A DNA stretch of 63,996 bases, counting the filler, from a bacterium (GTDB lineage: Bacteria; JAMOTN01), in NCBI GenBank assembly GCA_027062325.1. It is 3 parts of 3 records of this genome, joined end to end, with 100 filler letters (N's around TTAATTAATTAA, not from the genome) between each part and the next. Parts side by side here need not be neighbours in the genome. Positions count along the whole stretch, not along the records: positions 1 to 22,326 come from JAMOTN010000067.1; 2 more parts are not named here. One strand, given 5' to 3'. Position 1 is the stretch's first letter. The number at the start of each line of letters is the position of its first letter. The position numbers were made by a program, and so were the translations under genes. Positions 9,703 to 19,221 of the stretch are shown one piece after another. The notes beneath the pieces are model-generated. The model was not told the DNA's origin, did no database searches, and worked only from the letters and a program-made list of their open reading frames with translations.

Positions 9703-10413
9703 GTGGAACAAGTGGTAATATACTCTTTTAAGAACTTCTCTTATGCATACTACGGTGTAACCAAAGTTTTTGAAAATTTAAATCTGCGAATTGGTTCAAA
9801 TAATCCCCAAATTGTGGCTTTTGTTGGGCCATCTGGTTCTGGAAAAACAACTCTTTTATCTGTGATGGCAAAGCTTGTAGAAGATTACAGTGGAGAAGTT
9901 CTGTTTGAGGAGAAAAATTTGAAAGATTGGAAGGAGCTTGAATTTAGAAAAAAAGTTTTGATGTTGCTTCAGTCTCCTGAAAAACAGTTGTTTGAAGAGA
10001 ATATTTTGGCAGATGTTTTGTACACATTAAAATACGATAACTTGACTGTTGAAGAGAAGATGTTAAAGGCACAGAGGGTTCTAGAATTAGTTGGCCTGCC
10101 GAAAGATAGATGGGATAAGCCCTATTACAGATTATCTGGTGGAGAGGCTAGGAAGGCTGCTTTAGCTGCTGTTTTGGTGAAGGATTCAGAGGTGCTACTT
10201 TTGGATGAGCCAACTAGTGGTATAGATAGCGAGACGCGCCAGGAACTTTATAGAATATTTAAAAATTTAAAACGAGCTGGAAAGAGTATATTCTTTTCTT
10301 CTCACGATGTTTACTTTGTTAAGGCGGTTTCTGATGAGGTGTTTTTTGTGGATAATGGTTTGGTGAAACCTGCAGAGAATGTTGAGAAGGCAAGGTATTG
10401 GGGAGTGGTGTGA
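9703..10413 (+). CDS. ecfA2: energy-coupling factor transporter ATPase A2
   Basis: GPSGSGKTT, QSPEKQLFEE, LSGGE, LLLDEPTSGID and SSHD. Confidence 0.88.
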   Translation: MEQVVIYSFKNFSYAYYGVTKVFENLNLRIGSNNPQIVAFVGPSGSGKTTLLSVMAKLVEDYSGEVLFEEKNLKDWKELEFRKKVLMLLQSPEKQLFEENILADVLYTLKYDNLTVEEKMLKAQRVLELVGLPKDRWDKPYYRLSGGEARKAALAAVLVKDSEVLLLDEPTSGIDSETRQELYRIFKNLKRAGKSIFFSSHDVYFVKAVSDEVFFVDNGLVKPAENVEKARYWGVV

Positions 10414-11210
10414 TGTTCAACTACTGGGAGGCAGATACGGTATTTCACAGGGCTAATCCAATTGTAAAAGTACTTTTGACCTTTTTGCTTTTGATTTCCA
10501 TGTTTTTTACCAAAAAAGTTGAGGTTATGGTTGTATTTTTCGCAACTTTTATAATGATGTTTTGGTTAGCAGATACGCCGTGGGCAAAGGTTAAAGGTTT
10601 TGCTAGAATGATATTCTGGTTAGTGTTAATAACTTTTCTGCTGAATCTTTTTTATTCTGAAGAAGGTAAGATTTTGTGGCAGTTTTGGAAGTTAAAGATT
10701 ACCGAAAAGGGACTATATGACTCGATTTATTTCTCGTTGCGATTTGTGAATTTGATTTTACTTGTTCAACTTCTATTGGGAACTACGCAACCGATAGATG
10801 TAGCCACAGTTGTTGGAAGAGTGTTCAAGCCATTGGCTCGCCTTTTTCCAAGCGCGGGCTTTGCAGAGATGGAGATAATGTTGCTTCTAGCTCTCAGGTT
10901 TCTTCCAATATTTCAAAATGAGATAGAGTGGCTAATAAAGTCCAAAAGAGCTAGGGGAATAGTTGAAGATACGTTTACAAAAAAGGTTGATGGAATAGTT
11001 GGAATGGTTGTGCCACTTTTAATAAGTGCTTTCAAGAGAGCAGAAGAGTTGGCTGTTGCTTTGGAGTTGAGAGGATTTGATCCGTTTAAGGAGAGAACTT
11101 CCTATGTCAAGTGGGAGTTTAGTATGGCTGATGTTGTTGTGATTCTTTTTTACCTAATTTTAATTTTTGCTGTGATAATTCAAAAGAAGATGATAGTGTG
11201 GGATATTTAG
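10413..11210 (+). CDS. ecfT: energy-coupling factor transmembrane component T
   Basis: Hydrophobic protein; HRANPIVK, LALRFLP, ARG and RAEELAVALELRGF motifs; TGATG coupling to ecfA2. Confidence 0.9.
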   Translation: MFNYWEADTVFHRANPIVKVLLTFLLLISMFFTKKVEVMVVFFATFIMMFWLADTPWAKVKGFARMIFWLVLITFLLNLFYSEEGKILWQFWKLKITEKGLYDSIYFSLRFVNLILLVQLLLGTTQPIDVATVVGRVFKPLARLFPSAGFAEMEIMLLLALRFLPIFQNEIEWLIKSKRARGIVEDTFTKKVDGIVGMVVPLLISAFKRAEELAVALELRGFDPFKERTSYVKWEFSMADVVVILFYLILIFAVIIQKKMIVWDI

Positions 11211-11221
11211 GGGTGATGTAA

Positions 11222-12073
11222 TTGGTTACGTTTGTTGGGTGGTTGAGCTACAGTGGTCAAAATTACTACGGTTTTCAGCGTCAAAAAGATTTTCCAACTA
11301 TCCAAGGAGCGTTTGAAGATGTGGTTTCGACTCTAGTGCAACAAACGGTAAGGATTTCAAGTTCCGGAAGAACTGATAGGGGGGTAAATGCAGTAGGTCA
11401 TGTTGTTTCCTTCTCTTTAGATAGATTGCCTTTTTCGCCAGACAAATTTAAAGAGTTGATAAATACTCGTTTACCTGAAGATATAAGGTTGTTAGATTTG
11501 AAAGTTGTGAGTGGTAAATTTGATCCAAGAAAAAGGGCATACAGTAAGATTTACCGTTACCAGATTTGGTTGGGAGATGTTTATCCCTTTTTCGCTTCAA
11601 TGTCGTGGTGCGTCAGGACAGAAAAAAGGTTCAAGGGGTTAGAGTTTGATTTTGCAAGATGCCAGCAGGCTTGTGAAGTACTTGTTGGTGAGCACGATTT
11701 TGCTTCGTTTTGTTCGACTCAAGCAGCTAAAGAGAAGAAAAGCACTGTGAGGCGTATCTTTAATTATACGGCCAAGCTGGTTAAAGATTGTATTTTTGAT
11801 TTGTCAGGGGATTTTTTGGTTTTAGAAGTGGAAGGTGAGGGATTTTTGCAGTATCAGGTGAGAATTATGACGGCTTCGATTCTTGAAGTGGCTTTTGGAA
11901 GAGAAAATTTGGATTGGCTTAAAATGTTGCTTGAAGTAAAGGATCGGCGTGTTGCGCCACCAATGGCTCCACCACAGGGATTGTTTTTATGGAGAGTGAA
12001 TTATAGAGGAATTGAGTTTATGGATGTTTCGAAGTTAAAAAGAGATCCAGCTACTGGTAAGTTGAAATTGTGA
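11222..12073 (+). CDS. truA: tRNA pseudouridine(38-40) synthase
   Basis: YSGQNYYGFQRQ, SGRTDRGVNA (catalytic Asp), GEHDFASF, GFLQYQVR and APPQGLFL. Confidence 0.95.
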   Translation: MVTFVGWLSYSGQNYYGFQRQKDFPTIQGAFEDVVSTLVQQTVRISSSGRTDRGVNAVGHVVSFSLDRLPFSPDKFKELINTRLPEDIRLLDLKVVSGKFDPRKRAYSKIYRYQIWLGDVYPFFASMSWCVRTEKRFKGLEFDFARCQQACEVLVGEHDFASFCSTQAAKEKKSTVRRIFNYTAKLVKDCIFDLSGDFLVLEVEGEGFLQYQVRIMTASILEVAFGRENLDWLKMLLEVKDRRVAPPMAPPQGLFLWRVNYRGIEFMDVSKLKRDPATGKLKL

Positions 12074-12110
12074 TGTGTTAGAAGTTTTTAAGAATAATGA
12101 GGTGAATTTG

Positions 12111-12830
12111 ATGGAATTCAGGGAGGATTTTTGGAGTTGGGGAGCAAGGCAAGAAGATTTAAATGAGAGTTACAACAGGGGAAAGCCGTATTGTCAGTGG
12201 GGAAGAGTTGGAGCTTGTTGTAGACAGTGTTTAATTGGTCCTTGTCAATTAAGGCAGCAGGATATTGCAGTGTGTGGTAAGAGATGGGAGGATGTTCTCT
12301 ACTCTTCATATGTTGAGCAACTTGCGCGTGCTTTCGCAATGATTGGTGAGCATGAGATGGCTGGAAAAATGTTAGAGCATAGTTTGAGGAGAGGTACATT
12401 GAACAAAGTTTTAGAATTGGTTAATAATTGGATGAAAAGGGTAGCTGATTCGAATAATGAAGTGAATGGTGATACAACCCCCTATCTTTGGTTGGTTGAT
12501 TGTTCGTCTGTGAGGGTGTCTGCTGGAAAGATTGCTCAAGAGTTTGCGAATAAAGCTGCTGAGCTGAATGTTGTGACGGAGAGGGTGAGATGTTTAGAGT
12601 GTGGGAGTGCTTTAAGGAAGTTTGCAATGATTGGGAGTGGAAAAGTTGCTATTCCTGAGGCTTTGTGTCCCGTTTCTATTCTGTGGTTTACGTGTGGTAT
12701 AGTAAAAGGAGTAAAAGTTGTGATAAATCCGCCATTCGATGGGATATTTTTATTTTCAAATTTGTACAAGTGGGGGAAAAAGGCTCTCTATAACTTTGAG
12801 AATTGGTTGCTGGATGAGGAAAGCATCTGA
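12111..12830 (+). CDS. miniature, internally deleted CooS (Ni-CODH/prismane-family) like Fe-S protein
   Basis: C-x7-CCxxCxxGPC-x8-CG N-terminal motif as in CooS D/B clusters; C-terminal AIPEA...GVKVVINPP resembles the CooS C-terminus; only about 240-250 aa (alternative start 12075). Confidence 0.55.
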   Translation: MEFREDFWSWGARQEDLNESYNRGKPYCQWGRVGACCRQCLIGPCQLRQQDIAVCGKRWEDVLYSSYVEQLARAFAMIGEHEMAGKMLEHSLRRGTLNKVLELVNNWMKRVADSNNEVNGDTTPYLWLVDCSSVRVSAGKIAQEFANKAAELNVVTERVRCLECGSALRKFAMIGSGKVAIPEALCPVSILWFTCGIVKGVKVVINPPFDGIFLFSNLYKWGKKALYNFENWLLDEESI

Positions 12831-12852
12831 GTAATAGTGGGGAGTGGATTGA

Positions 12853-14598
12853 ATGGTTAGGAAAAAAGAGGTTAAGAAGTTAAATAGCAGTATGAGGGAG
12901 AGTCTCAATTACTTAATAGATATAGCAAATTTTGTAGCGGTTGATCTTGATTTTAACAGTGTTTTACAACGAATTGTTGATCGTTCAACGGATTTTTTCT
13001 CTGCTCAAAGTTGTTCAATAATTGCTAATATTGAGGGACGTTATATTGTTGTTGCTGCTACCGGGAGTAGTAGGGATCTTATAGGAAGGGAGATAAAGCC
13101 GGGTGAAGGAATCGCAGGAAAAGTTATAGAAACGGGAAAACCTGTATTTAGTCGAGGAACTTCTAAGCGTTACAAAAAGCAGTCGTTTATGGTTATACCA
13201 TTGGAGAGAAGTGGTCGGGTTGTAGGAGTACTGAATATAACAGACAAATCTGATGGTGAATTCTCTTTTGAGGATTTTGAAATAGCGCAAGCACTCAGTA
13301 AGTATCTTGCAATATTTGTTGAAAATGCTAAGTTGTTTACAGAGCAAGCGAGACTTTATGATAAGTTGGAATTGCTTTACGTTACACTTGATAAATTGAA
13401 TAGGTACATACTTCCACGTGAAATATTTGACTTCTTAATTCATCGAATACGAGAGGTTGTTGGTGCCGAAAGAGTATCGGTGATGGTAGAAGAGGCAGGG
13501 GCTCTAAAGGTCGTAGCTGCGAGTGGTTTTGAACCTCCTGATGATTATATAACTTCTGGTATATCCTGGGAGGTTTTTACCTCCAATAAACCTTTGTGGA
13601 TAAAAAATATAGAAGAGGAAGAATTTTCAAAATTTGCAAGGCATACTGAGGAGTACACAACTAAAAGTGCAATTGTGGTGCCGCTTGAGACTGATGGAGA
13701 AGTCCTGGGAGTGTTGAATGTTACTAATAAGTTGAGTGGAGATTTTGATGAGGATGATTACAACTTAGTTGTAGCAATAGCGAATGTTTCGGCAGTAGCT
13801 CTCCATAGGGCTATGCTTTACGAACGTGTAGAGAGAAAATATGCAGAATACTTTTATTTAAGTGAGGTTGTGAAAGCTGCCCTTCATGCTACTGGCCTTG
13901 AGGCTCTTTTGAGAGAGTGGTATACCTTCCTAAAAGTGAATGCACATATACCACATCTTCACATAGTGCTGGAGGTGACGCGGAGTAGGGCATTGGATGA
14001 TGGGGATGTGTATACTTTAGAGGTTGGAGATGGACGGTTGGAGCAATTTGTTTCTGAAACCTTTAGAAATTATAAGCTGGTTTTGTTCTCTCCTGCTGAT
14101 GCTGCTTTTTTAAAGATGTTGGCTTCAGAGATGGTGATGGCGTGTGCAGCTATAGCGGGAGAGAAAATCAGATATGAGGAAAGAAAGGTAAATTTGAGTG
14201 TTAAGGTAAGGAATCCTGCAGAGGAAAAGTATGAAATAGAGAAGAAAGTGAGAATAAGAAAAGTTGCAATGGCAATAGCTGAGGATATGGGAGAGGATGT
14301 TGAGGCTTTGATAAAAGAGATAGATAAGTGGAACAAAAGTTCAACTGGTAAACTTGTTTATAAAGGAGAAAAGTGGAGTGGTGGAGGTTATCCTTATGGA
14401 TTAAAAGCTCATCAAATTCCATGGGAAGCTAGGGTTTACAGTGTTGCTGAGACTTTTACTTCTATCGCTTTAAAAGATGATGTGGAAAAAGCACTAATGC
14501 TTGTAAAAAAAGAGTCGGGAAGGAGCTTTGATCCTAAGGTAGTGGAGAGCTTAGAGAGACTTTATTACTCTGGAAAGTTGAAAGAGTTTGTAGAATAG
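12853..14598 (+). CDS. tandem GAF-domain protein with degenerate HD-GYP C-terminal domain
   Basis: Two GAF repeats (VIPL...VGVLNITDK..GEFSFED; VVPL...LGVLNVTNK..GDFDEDD); C-terminal EKWSGGGYPYGL..QIPWEARV and SGRSFDP.VV, but no HD motif. Confidence 0.8.
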   Translation: MVRKKEVKKLNSSMRESLNYLIDIANFVAVDLDFNSVLQRIVDRSTDFFSAQSCSIIANIEGRYIVVAATGSSRDLIGREIKPGEGIAGKVIETGKPVFSRGTSKRYKKQSFMVIPLERSGRVVGVLNITDKSDGEFSFEDFEIAQALSKYLAIFVENAKLFTEQARLYDKLELLYVTLDKLNRYILPREIFDFLIHRIREVVGAERVSVMVEEAGALKVVAASGFEPPDDYITSGISWEVFTSNKPLWIKNIEEEEFSKFARHTEEYTTKSAIVVPLETDGEVLGVLNVTNKLSGDFDEDDYNLVVAIANVSAVALHRAMLYERVERKYAEYFYLSEVVKAALHATGLEALLREWYTFLKVNAHIPHLHIVLEVTRSRALDDGDVYTLEVGDGRLEQFVSETFRNYKLVLFSPADAAFLKMLASEMVMACAAIAGEKIRYEERKVNLSVKVRNPAEEKYEIEKKVRIRKVAMAIAEDMGEDVEALIKEIDKWNKSSTGKLVYKGEKWSGGGYPYGLKAHQIPWEARVYSVAETFTSIALKDDVEKALMLVKKESGRSFDPKVVESLERLYYSGKLKEFVE

Positions 14599-14615
14599 TG
14601 TGAGGAGGGATTGAT

Positions 14616-15683
14616 ATGGCGAGGATTTTGGTGATAAATCCTGGATCAACTAGTACTAAGATAGCGGTTTACGACGATGAGCGCGAAATATTTAGTAAGA
14701 CAATAGAGCATTCTGCGCAGGAGATTGCGAAGTTTGACAGAATCATAGATCAGTATGAATTTAGAAAGGAACTTGTTGAGAAGACTTTGGAAGACGCAGG
14801 AATTCCTCTTGAAAGTATAGATGCAATAGCAGCGCGCGGAGGAAATATGAAACCCGTTCCTAGTGGGACTTTTGAGATAAATGATGCGATGATTGAGGAT
14901 TTGAAGGTTGGAGTAATGGGACAGCACCCTTCTAACCTTGGTGGAGTCATAGCAAAGGTTATAGCTGATAAATTGGGTATAAAGGCATATGTTGTTGATC
15001 CAGTAGTGGTTGATGAGATGGATGAAATAGCGCGTGTCACAGGACTTCCACAGATTAAGAGAAAGAGTAAGGATCATCCGTTAAATCAAAAAGCGGTTGC
15101 AAGGAAGGCAGCATCAGAGCTAGGAATATCTTATGAAGATGGGAATTTTATAGTAGCTCACATGGGTGGAGGAATATCAGTTGGAGCGCATAAAAAGGGA
15201 AAAATGGTAGATGTTACGAATGCTCTTGATGGAGATGGAGCATTTACTCCAGAAAGAAGTCAAAGATTGCCTTCTGGAGATTTGGTGCGTCTATGCTTCT
15301 CTGGAAAATACACTGAGGAAGAAGTAATGAAGATGCTTGTGGGAAGAGGTGGATTAGTTGCTCATCTTGGAACGAATGACGCAAGAGAGATAAGAAAAAG
15401 AATAGAAGCAGGGGATGAAAAGGCTAAATTAATATTTGAGGCTATGGCTTACAACATTGCGAAGGATATTGGTGCTATGGCGACGGTTTTAGAGGGAGAT
15501 GTGGATGCAATTGTTCTTACAGGTGGGTTAGCTAGGGATGGATATTTAATGAAAGTTATTAAAGAAATGGTTTCATTTATAGCACCAACATTTGTGTATC
15601 CTGGTGGATTTGAGATGGAAGCTTTGAGAGATGGAGTATTAAGAGTTTTGCGAGGTGTGGAAGAAGCAAAGGTTTACAAGTAG
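14616..15683 (+). CDS. buk: butyrate kinase
   Basis: ILVINPGSTSTKIAVY, HPSNLG, VDPVVVDE, LNQKAVAR, VAHMGGGISVGAH and AIVLTGG. Confidence 0.95.
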   Translation: MARILVINPGSTSTKIAVYDDEREIFSKTIEHSAQEIAKFDRIIDQYEFRKELVEKTLEDAGIPLESIDAIAARGGNMKPVPSGTFEINDAMIEDLKVGVMGQHPSNLGGVIAKVIADKLGIKAYVVDPVVVDEMDEIARVTGLPQIKRKSKDHPLNQKAVARKAASELGISYEDGNFIVAHMGGGISVGAHKKGKMVDVTNALDGDGAFTPERSQRLPSGDLVRLCFSGKYTEEEVMKMLVGRGGLVAHLGTNDAREIRKRIEAGDEKAKLIFEAMAYNIAKDIGAMATVLEGDVDAIVLTGGLARDGYLMKVIKEMVSFIAPTFVYPGGFEMEALRDGVLRVLRGVEEAKVYK

Positions 15684-15695
15684 TGGGGGAAAACA

Positions 15696-16439
15696 ATGGA
15701 TGTGGCTTTGCTATTTTCTGGCGGAGTAAAGAGTTTGGAAGCTCTTGAGTTGCTGGTAGAATTAGAAGATTCAGAGAGGTTGAAAGTGTGGCCTGTGTTT
15801 TTTGCTAATCCTTTGGAAGGCTTTAAAGGAGAGCGGATCTTTTGGCAACTAAAAAAAGCAAGTTCGTTGGCCACTGCGTTTGGAAAGAAACTATATGTGT
15901 TATATCCCGATGATGAGTATGGCGATTTGATTTTGGAATTTTTCAAAGAAGGGTGGCCGCGTAGGAGGTTGTGCCAGAATATAAGGATATATCTTGTGAG
16001 GAGGTTGATAAAATCTGGGTTTAATTCTGTTGCTTTTGGAGATGTGTTGCTTGCAAGTTGTTTAGGAGGGAAAAAAGATTTCAATTATGTGGTTATGCAT
16101 AGTGGTTATAAGGGGTGGGTGTTTTTTCCACTTTCGGCGACTAAGTTGGAACCAACTAAAGTTGAGAACGTCTTATTTATTAGGAGAAGAGAAAAAGGGT
16201 TGATTGGTAAAAAAAGTGCTTATAGATTGCGAAAAAAATGGGGGGATATAGCTTTGAAAAGTAGTTGCCTTTTGCAGAAGAGGGGAGGGGAGAATGAGTT
16301 GATAAAAAAGATGAATTGGTTGGCTCAAGTTGGGGAAATAAATGATTTTTACAATTATTTAGGAGTAAAGTGGTATTGGATGGGTGGAAAGCTATATGCT
16401 GAAAAGATTGAGATTGGCGTTCAAACTACTCCATTTTAA
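15696..16439 (+). CDS. degenerate ThiI/MnmA-like PP-loop family protein
   Basis: LLFSGGVKS (cf. SGGLDS), GDVL (cf. GEVLGQ), PLSATKLEPT..E (cf. RPLSAKLLPPT..E) and SCLL (cf. GGCLL). Confidence 0.55.
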   Translation: MDVALLFSGGVKSLEALELLVELEDSERLKVWPVFFANPLEGFKGERIFWQLKKASSLATAFGKKLYVLYPDDEYGDLILEFFKEGWPRRRLCQNIRIYLVRRLIKSGFNSVAFGDVLLASCLGGKKDFNYVVMHSGYKGWVFFPLSATKLEPTKVENVLFIRRREKGLIGKKSAYRLRKKWGDIALKSSCLLQKRGGENELIKKMNWLAQVGEINDFYNYLGVKWYWMGGKLYAEKIEIGVQTTPF

Positions 16440-16454
16440 TTGGGAGGGAGAAGA

Positions 16455-18791
16455 TTGAAAGCTTCTGAGATAGTGAAAAAATACTTTTCATTGGATAACG
16501 AGAAGAAGAAACTGTTGGTGGAGAAGATAAAAAAGTTGCCGCTTGATATTTCTGTTAAGTTGATAGCTGTTATTTTGAAAAAAGAAGAAGATCAGGAGAT
16601 GCGAGTATATCTAAAAGAGATTTATCAATCTTTAAATCCAGAGCCTAAGAAAGAGCCTACGTTGGAGGAACTGATTAAGGAAGGTAATACTAAAGCGTTT
16701 GATTTGTTTAGGAAGAAAAGTATAGAGGATAGAATAGCTTTTTTGAAAGCTTTTAATGAGTTGGATGCTCCTTTGGTTAATAAAGAGAGGTTTTTAGAAG
16801 AAGTTTTATTAAAGAGTACAAATTCGATGGTTATAGCTACTGCTATTTCTCTTCTTAAAAACTTTGATAGGAATAGGAGAGTAGAAAGAAGGGTTGAGAA
16901 GTTTTTGGAACACTCCGATGAGAGGGTAGTTGCTAACTCCATCGAGCTTTTGACAGAGTGGGGGGATAAGAGAGTCAAGGATAAGATAAAAGAGTTTGTA
17001 AACTCTGGTGATGCTCGTATAAAAGCAGCAGCTGCTATGTACTTTGAGAAATTGGGATTTGCTGAGGAATTAAAGGAGGCTGTGGAAAGCTTGAATACGG
17101 CAGGAGATGCTGCCTCTAAAGAAGCTTTGGAGTGGGTTGCTGATAATGTAAAGTTAGAAGATGAGAAAAGTGTGCAAGAGACTGAAAAAACAGGAGATTT
17201 TCCGGAGAATAAGAATAAGGAAAGTGCGAATGAAGAGGATCAGAAAGATAGTAAGCAGTTTAAAGAGGGAGAGAGTACACCGGTTATTGAAAGTTCTATC
17301 GGAAATGGGACAGCTGGTGAGAAGATTGAAACTCGTATTGAGACTGAGAGTGAGCAAATAAATAGGTTGCTCAATTCGGTGGACAAGAGGGCAAAGAACG
17401 ATAGGTTTAGAAAGGTTGTAATGATGGTTTTGCTTTTGGTATTGGTTTCTCTGGGGGCTGTCGCAAGTTACTGGTGGTTTAAGATTGGGAGAGGAGAGGT
17501 TTCAAATACGGTGGTTTCAAAGGGTGTTCGTAAAGATTCTTTAAGAGTGAACTCAGGAAGAGGTTTGAAACAGCCTCCCCAACGTGCTCAAAATCCTATC
17601 GAGAAGATTAGAAAATATGTGAGATTTGGTGATTGGGATAATGCATACACTGCTTTAGTAGACTGGTTAGATGGAGTTTCGCATATTAACCAATGGTCTG
17701 ATGTGCTGCTTGCTGTTGATGTGTTGATCAATGCTCCTGCTACTATGAGGGACAAGGAGAGTATTTTGAGGACTTTGCTCAAGCGCTGTTCGGATAATAG
17801 TATGGCTGTTTTTGCAAGAGCCTATTTTAACTACTACGCTTATGGTGGAAAGGGAATAGATGAGAAGGTGGTGGCAGTTCTGGATAAAGTTTCCAACTCC
17901 AAGGTTAGGGAGTTTGTGAAAAAAGTGCGGGAGTATTTATTCCAGAAAAAGTTTGTAGTTTATCAAAGTGAGGTCAAAACTGCAGTGAAAGCTTTGATTG
18001 ATAATGTTTGGAAAGGGAAAGTTGTTGGAGTTTTTGCTTTTGAGAAGGCTGCTTTGGAAAAAGTTTTAAAGATAGCTTCTGCAGATTTGAAAATTGTTGC
18101 TACTAGTGTCAAAAGAGGAAAGGGAAGCGATTGGAAGATGTTATTGAGGGTAAAAGGCAGTTTAGTATTTTGGAATGGTATTGAAAAGAGTGGAATATTT
18201 GATTTGGTGTTTTTGTGCAGAAACAATGGTATTGTAGGTTTCAGTGTGGTGGAGAAGGATGTTAAGACTTATGATAAGTTAAAATCTAGTGGAACTGCTT
18301 TAGGAAACTGGGCTTTGGCTTTGAGAAGGGTATTGCGTGCAAAAGGGAAGGGAGAAGTTATTAAAGCTGCAAGGAGTTATGTGAAGAGTTATAAACATGT
18401 GGCTCCTTTTACCTATTACCGGAAGTTGATTGATGAAGGTGTTGAAAGAAGTGATGAAGTTTTAATAGGGTGGATGTACAATCTTTTTGAATGGGAAGAT
18501 TACTGCGATGATAAAATGAAAAAAGAAAGGGAAGAGTTAACAAATATTCTCTCGAATATGGAAAGTTACAGTCAGGAAGGCTTATTGGGAAAATTGAAGG
18601 GGTTGAAAGGAGTAAGTATGGAGTTGAAGGCTTTGATATGGAGAGTGGCTGTTGAGGTAAATGATGCGAATACTGCAGCTAAAATTACTAAATTCTATGA
18701 GTTAAATGCACCTTTTAATGTATTCTTTAGAAGAATAATGTTATCAAAGGAGAAGGTGGTCTTATGGAAAGACTTGAGGAAATTGTTGTAA
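16455..18791 (+). CDS. HEAT-repeat membrane-anchored hypothetical protein
   Basis: HEAT-like HSDERVVANSIELL and SGDARIKAAAA; acidic linker; single central TM (VVMMVLLLVLVSLGAVASYWWF). Confidence 0.65.
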   Translation: MKASEIVKKYFSLDNEKKKLLVEKIKKLPLDISVKLIAVILKKEEDQEMRVYLKEIYQSLNPEPKKEPTLEELIKEGNTKAFDLFRKKSIEDRIAFLKAFNELDAPLVNKERFLEEVLLKSTNSMVIATAISLLKNFDRNRRVERRVEKFLEHSDERVVANSIELLTEWGDKRVKDKIKEFVNSGDARIKAAAAMYFEKLGFAEELKEAVESLNTAGDAASKEALEWVADNVKLEDEKSVQETEKTGDFPENKNKESANEEDQKDSKQFKEGESTPVIESSIGNGTAGEKIETRIETESEQINRLLNSVDKRAKNDRFRKVVMMVLLLVLVSLGAVASYWWFKIGRGEVSNTVVSKGVRKDSLRVNSGRGLKQPPQRAQNPIEKIRKYVRFGDWDNAYTALVDWLDGVSHINQWSDVLLAVDVLINAPATMRDKESILRTLLKRCSDNSMAVFARAYFNYYAYGGKGIDEKVVAVLDKVSNSKVREFVKKVREYLFQKKFVVYQSEVKTAVKALIDNVWKGKVVGVFAFEKAALEKVLKIASADLKIVATSVKRGKGSDWKMLLRVKGSLVFWNGIEKSGIFDLVFLCRNNGIVGFSVVEKDVKTYDKLKSSGTALGNWALALRRVLRAKGKGEVIKAARSYVKSYKHVAPFTYYRKLIDEGVERSDEVLIGWMYNLFEWEDYCDDKMKKEREELTNILSNMESYSQEGLLGKLKGLKGVSMELKALIWRVAVEVNDANTAAKITKFYELNAPFNVFFRRIMLSKEKVVLWKDLRKLL

Positions 18792-19198
18792 AGGTTGGTG
18801 ATGATTTACCAACCGTATTGCGGAAGTTGGTTGATGCTAAGGCTACCGAATTGCCAGTTGTGGATAGCGATTTTAGAGTTGTAGGGGTTATTGGGTTGCC
18901 AGAAATTGTTGATGTTACCATGCCTTTGAAGGAAATGGGAATAGTGCGGGAGTTTGCTACGCTTCTTGATGTAGAAATTGATCCTTTGTTAAACACTTTG
19001 GTTAGGGCAATAGATCTTGCAAATGATGAATATGATGTTATAGGAGAAGATTGGACTTTGTCAGAGGTTTTGGCTGTTTATAGGCCCGGGAGAATTGTTG
19101 TTGTGGTGGATGAGAGAGGACGACTCAAAGATTTTTTGACTGCTTATAAAATTGCTTCTCTCCTTCTCAAGGAAATTGAAATAGGAATGAATGCTTGA
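18764..19198 (+). CDS. CBS-domain protein
   Basis: LPVVDSDFRVVGVI and VVVVDERGRLKDFLT CBS pair. Confidence 0.75.
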   Translation: MERLEEIVVKVGDDLPTVLRKLVDAKATELPVVDSDFRVVGVIGLPEIVDVTMPLKEMGIVREFATLLDVEIDPLLNTLVRAIDLANDEYDVIGEDWTLSEVLAVYRPGRIVVVVDERGRLKDFLTAYKIASLLLKEIEIGMNA

Positions 19199-19221
19199 GT
19201 TTTGAAAGTTGCAGGTAGAAG

